In this document: positions 53,096-55,524 of the stretch, in pieces
Position numbering within the stretch: the stretch's first letter is position 1
Layout of the letters: every line of letters starts with the position of its first letter
Assembly (NCBI GenBank): GCA_016204335.1
Contig: JACQKU010000021.1
Coordinates: 1 to 55,524 of the forward strand
DNA: 55,524 nucleotides
Direction of reading: 5' to 3'
Source: Candidatus Liptonbacteria bacterium
GTDB lineage: Bacteria; Patescibacteriota; Minisyncoccia; UBA6257; 2-01-FULL-56-20
Program-made: the position numbers and the translations under genes
The notes under the pieces: generated by a model
Databases searched by the model: none
What the model was told of the DNA's origin: nothing
What the model saw: only the letters and a program-made list of their open reading frames with translations

Positions 53096-53404
53096 ATGAA
53101 ACTAAAGAAAGGAGACCAGGTGAAAATAATCGCAGGCAAAGACCGCGGCAAAATAGCGACGGTGACGCGCGCGTTCCCGAAAGAAAATAAAATTGCCGCG
53201 GAAGGAGTCAATTTGTATAAAAAACGCGTTAAGCCGCGAAAAGCCGGCCAGAAAGGGGAAATAGTGATTGTTGCAAGACCTCTTCCGTCCTCGAACGCGA
53301 TGATTATCTGTCCCAACTGTAAAATTCCGAGCCGGGTTGGATATCGTTTTGAATCTGCCCTGAAAATTCGTTTCTGCAAAAAATGTAAAGCCCGAATAAC
53401 TTGA
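53096..53404 (+). CDS. rplX: 50S ribosomal protein L24 with a C-terminal CxxC...CxxC extension
   Basis: KOW motif MKLKKGDQVKIIAGKDRGK. The tail is CPNCKIPSRVGYRFESALKIRFCKKCKARIT. Confidence 0.93.
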   Translation: MKLKKGDQVKIIAGKDRGKIATVTRAFPKENKIAAEGVNLYKKRVKPRKAGQKGEIVIVARPLPSSNAMIICPNCKIPSRVGYRFESALKIRFCKKCKARIT

Positions 53405-53405
53405 T

Positions 53406-53921
53406 ATGAAAATCGATAAAACAAAAAAAACCGACATATCTGCGGAAGCGAAAAAGTTCCTAGAAAAAATTGTTTTGAACGCGGGCATCGGAAAATTAAG
53501 CCAACAGCCGAATTTTGAGCAAAAAATACTGCCTCAGCTCATGAATAATCTTTCTGCAATGACGGGACAAAAGCCGGAGTTGAGAAAAGCCAAAAAATCA
53601 ATTTCCGGTTTCAAAATGCGGGAAGGTCAGATTGTTGGGTTGCGCGTAACGCTTCGCCGGCGCAAAATGGTTGATTTTTTCGAGCGGCTGATTAGAATAG
53701 TACTGCCCCGCGTGCGTGATTTTCGGGGCCTCGAAATTCTTTCCATTGATGCGGGCGGCGCCTTGAATATCGGCGTTCGCGAGCAATTGGTGTTTCCGGA
53801 GATTAATCCCGAGGAATCGCCGGTCCTTTTTCCGTTTGGAATCAATATTGTTCCAAGAATCAAAAACCGCGAAGAGGCGATAAAAGAGTATCGGCGCTTG
53901 GGGGTGCCGTTGAAGAAATAA
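53406..53921 (+). CDS. rplE: 50S ribosomal protein L5
   Basis: IVLNAGIGK...MTGQKPELRKAKKSISGFKMREGQIVGLRVTLRRRKM. Confidence 0.95.
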   Translation: MKIDKTKKTDISAEAKKFLEKIVLNAGIGKLSQQPNFEQKILPQLMNNLSAMTGQKPELRKAKKSISGFKMREGQIVGLRVTLRRRKMVDFFERLIRIVLPRVRDFRGLEILSIDAGGALNIGVREQLVFPEINPEESPVLFPFGINIVPRIKNREEAIKEYRRLGVPLKK

Positions 53922-54045
53922 TGAGAATAAATCTCTAAACCCTAATCTCTAAATCCTAAACAATATCAAAATACAAATCTCAAAAACGTTTTGAATTTTG
54001 AAATTCGAGATTGTTTAGAGATTAGAAATTAGAGATTAATATATC
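53922..54045. repeat. Long intergenic hairpin built from tctctaa words (~50-nt arms)
   Basis: aatctctaaaccctaatctctaaatcctaaacaat...caaaaacg pairs with cgttttg...attgtttagagattagaaattagagatt. Confidence 0.7.
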
Positions 54046-54231
54046 ATGTCCAAACTTTCAGTTATAATGCGCGGCAAGAAAACGCCGAAATTTTCCACAA
54101 GGATAGTCCGGCGCTGTTTTCGTTGCGGGCGCAAACGGGCGTATATCCGCGATTTCGGTCTCTGCAGAATTTGTTTCAGGGAAATGGCGAGCAGCGGTGA
54201 AATTCCCGGAGTAAAAAAAGCGTCATGGTGA
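54046..54231 (+). CDS. rpsN: 30S ribosomal protein S14, zinc-binding Z type (61 aa)
   Basis: [23 protein letters not shown]...VKKASW. Confidence 0.93.
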   Translation: MSKLSVIMRGKKTPKFSTRIVRRCFRCGRKRAYIRDFGLCRICFREMASSGEIPGVKKASW

Positions 54232-54406
54232 AAATAAATGCAAACTGTAAAAATCAAAAATAAAAATGGCAAATCAAAGTTCTCCGCCGAAGGCGGATCC
54301 GCCTCGGGCGGAAAAAAGAATGTGCTTGAATTCCTTTTACATTTTACATTGTCATTTTGCATTTTGATATTTGATTTTTAAATTTGTTGCTATGTATTAA
54401 GATTTA
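54232..54406. mobile_element. MITE-like element, near-identical copy B (inverted relative to A and C)
   Basis: By eye, the reverse complement of ~54266-54380 matches copies A and C with 2-3 mismatches. Confidence 0.85.
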
Positions 54407-54772
54407 TTGGCTAAAATTAAAAACGCCGTTCTGGTAAAAAAAGAAAGTTTTTTGACTTCATTTTCGAATTTCGATTTTGAGGTCGCGAAAATTCTGGTCG
54501 AGCGGAAGTATTTGAAAGACGTTCAGAAAAAAACCATAAGCAATAAAAAATTTCTGGAGATAACGCCGAATTATAAAAATAAAATGCCGGTTATCACCGA
54601 TTTTAAAATCATAAGCAAGCCGAGCCGCCATATTTACGCGAATTGCCGCGATATCAGGCGGGTGAGACAGGGGTATGGCACAGGCGTTTTTTCCACGTCC
54701 AAAGGTGTAATGACCGACCGCGATGCCAGAAGGAAAAAAGTCGGCGGGGAATATTTGTTCGAAATATGGTAA
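54407..54772 (+). CDS. rpsH: 30S ribosomal protein S8
   Basis: ...RRVRQGYGTGVFSTSKGVMTDRDARRKKVGGEYLFEIW. TTG start as in the ORF track. Confidence 0.9.
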   Translation: MAKIKNAVLVKKESFLTSFSNFDFEVAKILVERKYLKDVQKKTISNKKFLEITPNYKNKMPVITDFKIISKPSRHIYANCRDIRRVRQGYGTGVFSTSKGVMTDRDARRKKVGGEYLFEIW

Positions 54773-54857
54773 TCTCTACGAAAGTACGAATTTTTTACGA
54801 ATATACGAAAACGTTTATTCGTATATTAGTACCTTTTCGTATTTCGTAGCTAAAATT
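54773..54857. repeat. Intergenic tacgaa-word hairpin
   Basis: ctacgaaagtacgaattttttacgaatatacgaa pairs with ttcgtatattagtaccttttcgtatttcgtag. Confidence 0.7.
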
Positions 54858-55400
54858 ATGAGCAGATTAGCAAAAAAACCAATACGGTTGCAGGAATCGG
54901 TTACGGTGAAAGAAGAATCCGGGATGTTGCTTATCAAAGGGCCAAAAGGGGAATTAGGGGTTCGCGTTCTGCCGTTCTTGTCCTTTGGAATTAAAGACGG
55001 TTCAGTCGACGTGTCCCCGGTCAACCAAATCAGGCAGAGCAGGGCGAACGCGGGCACCATGTGGTCGCTGATTAAAAACGCGGCGGAAGGAGTCGCAGCC
55101 GGTTTTTCGAAGACGCTTGAGATTGAAGGTATCGGGTATCGCGCCAGCGTGGAGGGAAACGCGCTGATTCTTGCGTTGGGTTATGTTCAGCCGGTGCGGG
55201 TTGAAATTCCCGAGGGTATTGCCATAAAGACGGAGAAAAATATGATTCATATATCGGGCATTGACAAGCGTTTGGTCGGGGAAACGGCGGCAAGAATCAG
55301 GCGGCTCAAAAAACCCGAACCCTATAAAGGCAAAGGCATTCGATATCAGGGCGAGGTCGTCAGAAGGAAAGCCGGCAAGAAAGCGGCCGCGGCGGCGTAA
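54858..55400 (+). CDS. rplF: 50S ribosomal protein L6
   Basis: MSRLAKKPIRLQESVTV...IEGIGYRA...KKPEPYKGKGIRYQGE. The ORF track's upstream extension lies inside the hairpin repeat. Confidence 0.95.
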   Translation: MSRLAKKPIRLQESVTVKEESGMLLIKGPKGELGVRVLPFLSFGIKDGSVDVSPVNQIRQSRANAGTMWSLIKNAAEGVAAGFSKTLEIEGIGYRASVEGNALILALGYVQPVRVEIPEGIAIKTEKNMIHISGIDKRLVGETAARIRRLKKPEPYKGKGIRYQGEVVRRKAGKKAAAAA

Positions 55401-55524
55401 AAATAAAATCAAAAATCAAATATCAAAATGCAAAATGACAATGTAAAATGTAAAAGGAATTCAAGCACATTCTTTTTTCCGCCCGAGGCGGATCCGCCTT
55501 CGGCGGAGAATTTTGATTTGTCAT
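55401..55524. mobile_element. MITE-like element, near-identical copy C, cut by the window edge
   Basis: 55406-55524 matches 50008-50126 with one mismatch. Confidence 0.85.

Overview
The window looks like a small, streamlined genome of the Patescibacteria/CPR type; this taxonomic call is an inference. Evidence for it: short spacers, almost no Shine-Dalgarno (SD) motifs, PEGA, pilin-like and GxxExxY genes, and heavily decorated housekeeping proteins.

The core content is housekeeping:
- + strand, 188-3128: rpsD-rpoA-rplQ-rplM-rpsI.
- - strand, 14054-21243: a complete F1Fo ATP synthase operon (atpBEFHAG-[CYTH]-DC).
- - strand: valS, tsaD, recG, rpmB, hsp20, prsW, and Ni-superoxide dismutase with its maturation protease.
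- Four tRNAs: Pro-GGG, Glu-UUC, Lys-CUU, Arg-UCG.
- + strand, 40035-55400: the str/S10/spc cluster from rpsL to rplF.
- 25.8-34.3 kb: a surface module holding a prepilin-like protein, a 1374-aa GNVGIGT-repeat fibre with a C-terminal S74 intramolecular-chaperone domain, and membrane proteins.

The points most worth a second look:
1. A complete histidine-phosphatase domain nested inside ValRS.
2. Nearly every spacer is a long hairpin built from short locus-specific words. A MITE-like element with a GC double-hairpin core has near-identical copies.
3. The same elements and words sit in-frame inside essential genes: valS, atpA, atpD, atpG, tsaD, recG, fusA and rplC.
4. Gene ends (tsaD 3' end, fusA 5' end, tRNA-Glu 3' end) are duplicated next to insertions.
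5. Orphan genes interrupt the S7/EF-G/EF-Tu/S10/L3 order, and a CYTH gene interrupts the atp operon.
6. Five G+C-rich genes carry strong SD sites in an otherwise SD-less background.
7. There are two candidate structured RNAs of unknown family.

All calls come from reading the sequence and the ORF translations. No searches were run. Start codons are often uncertain because SD sites are absent.
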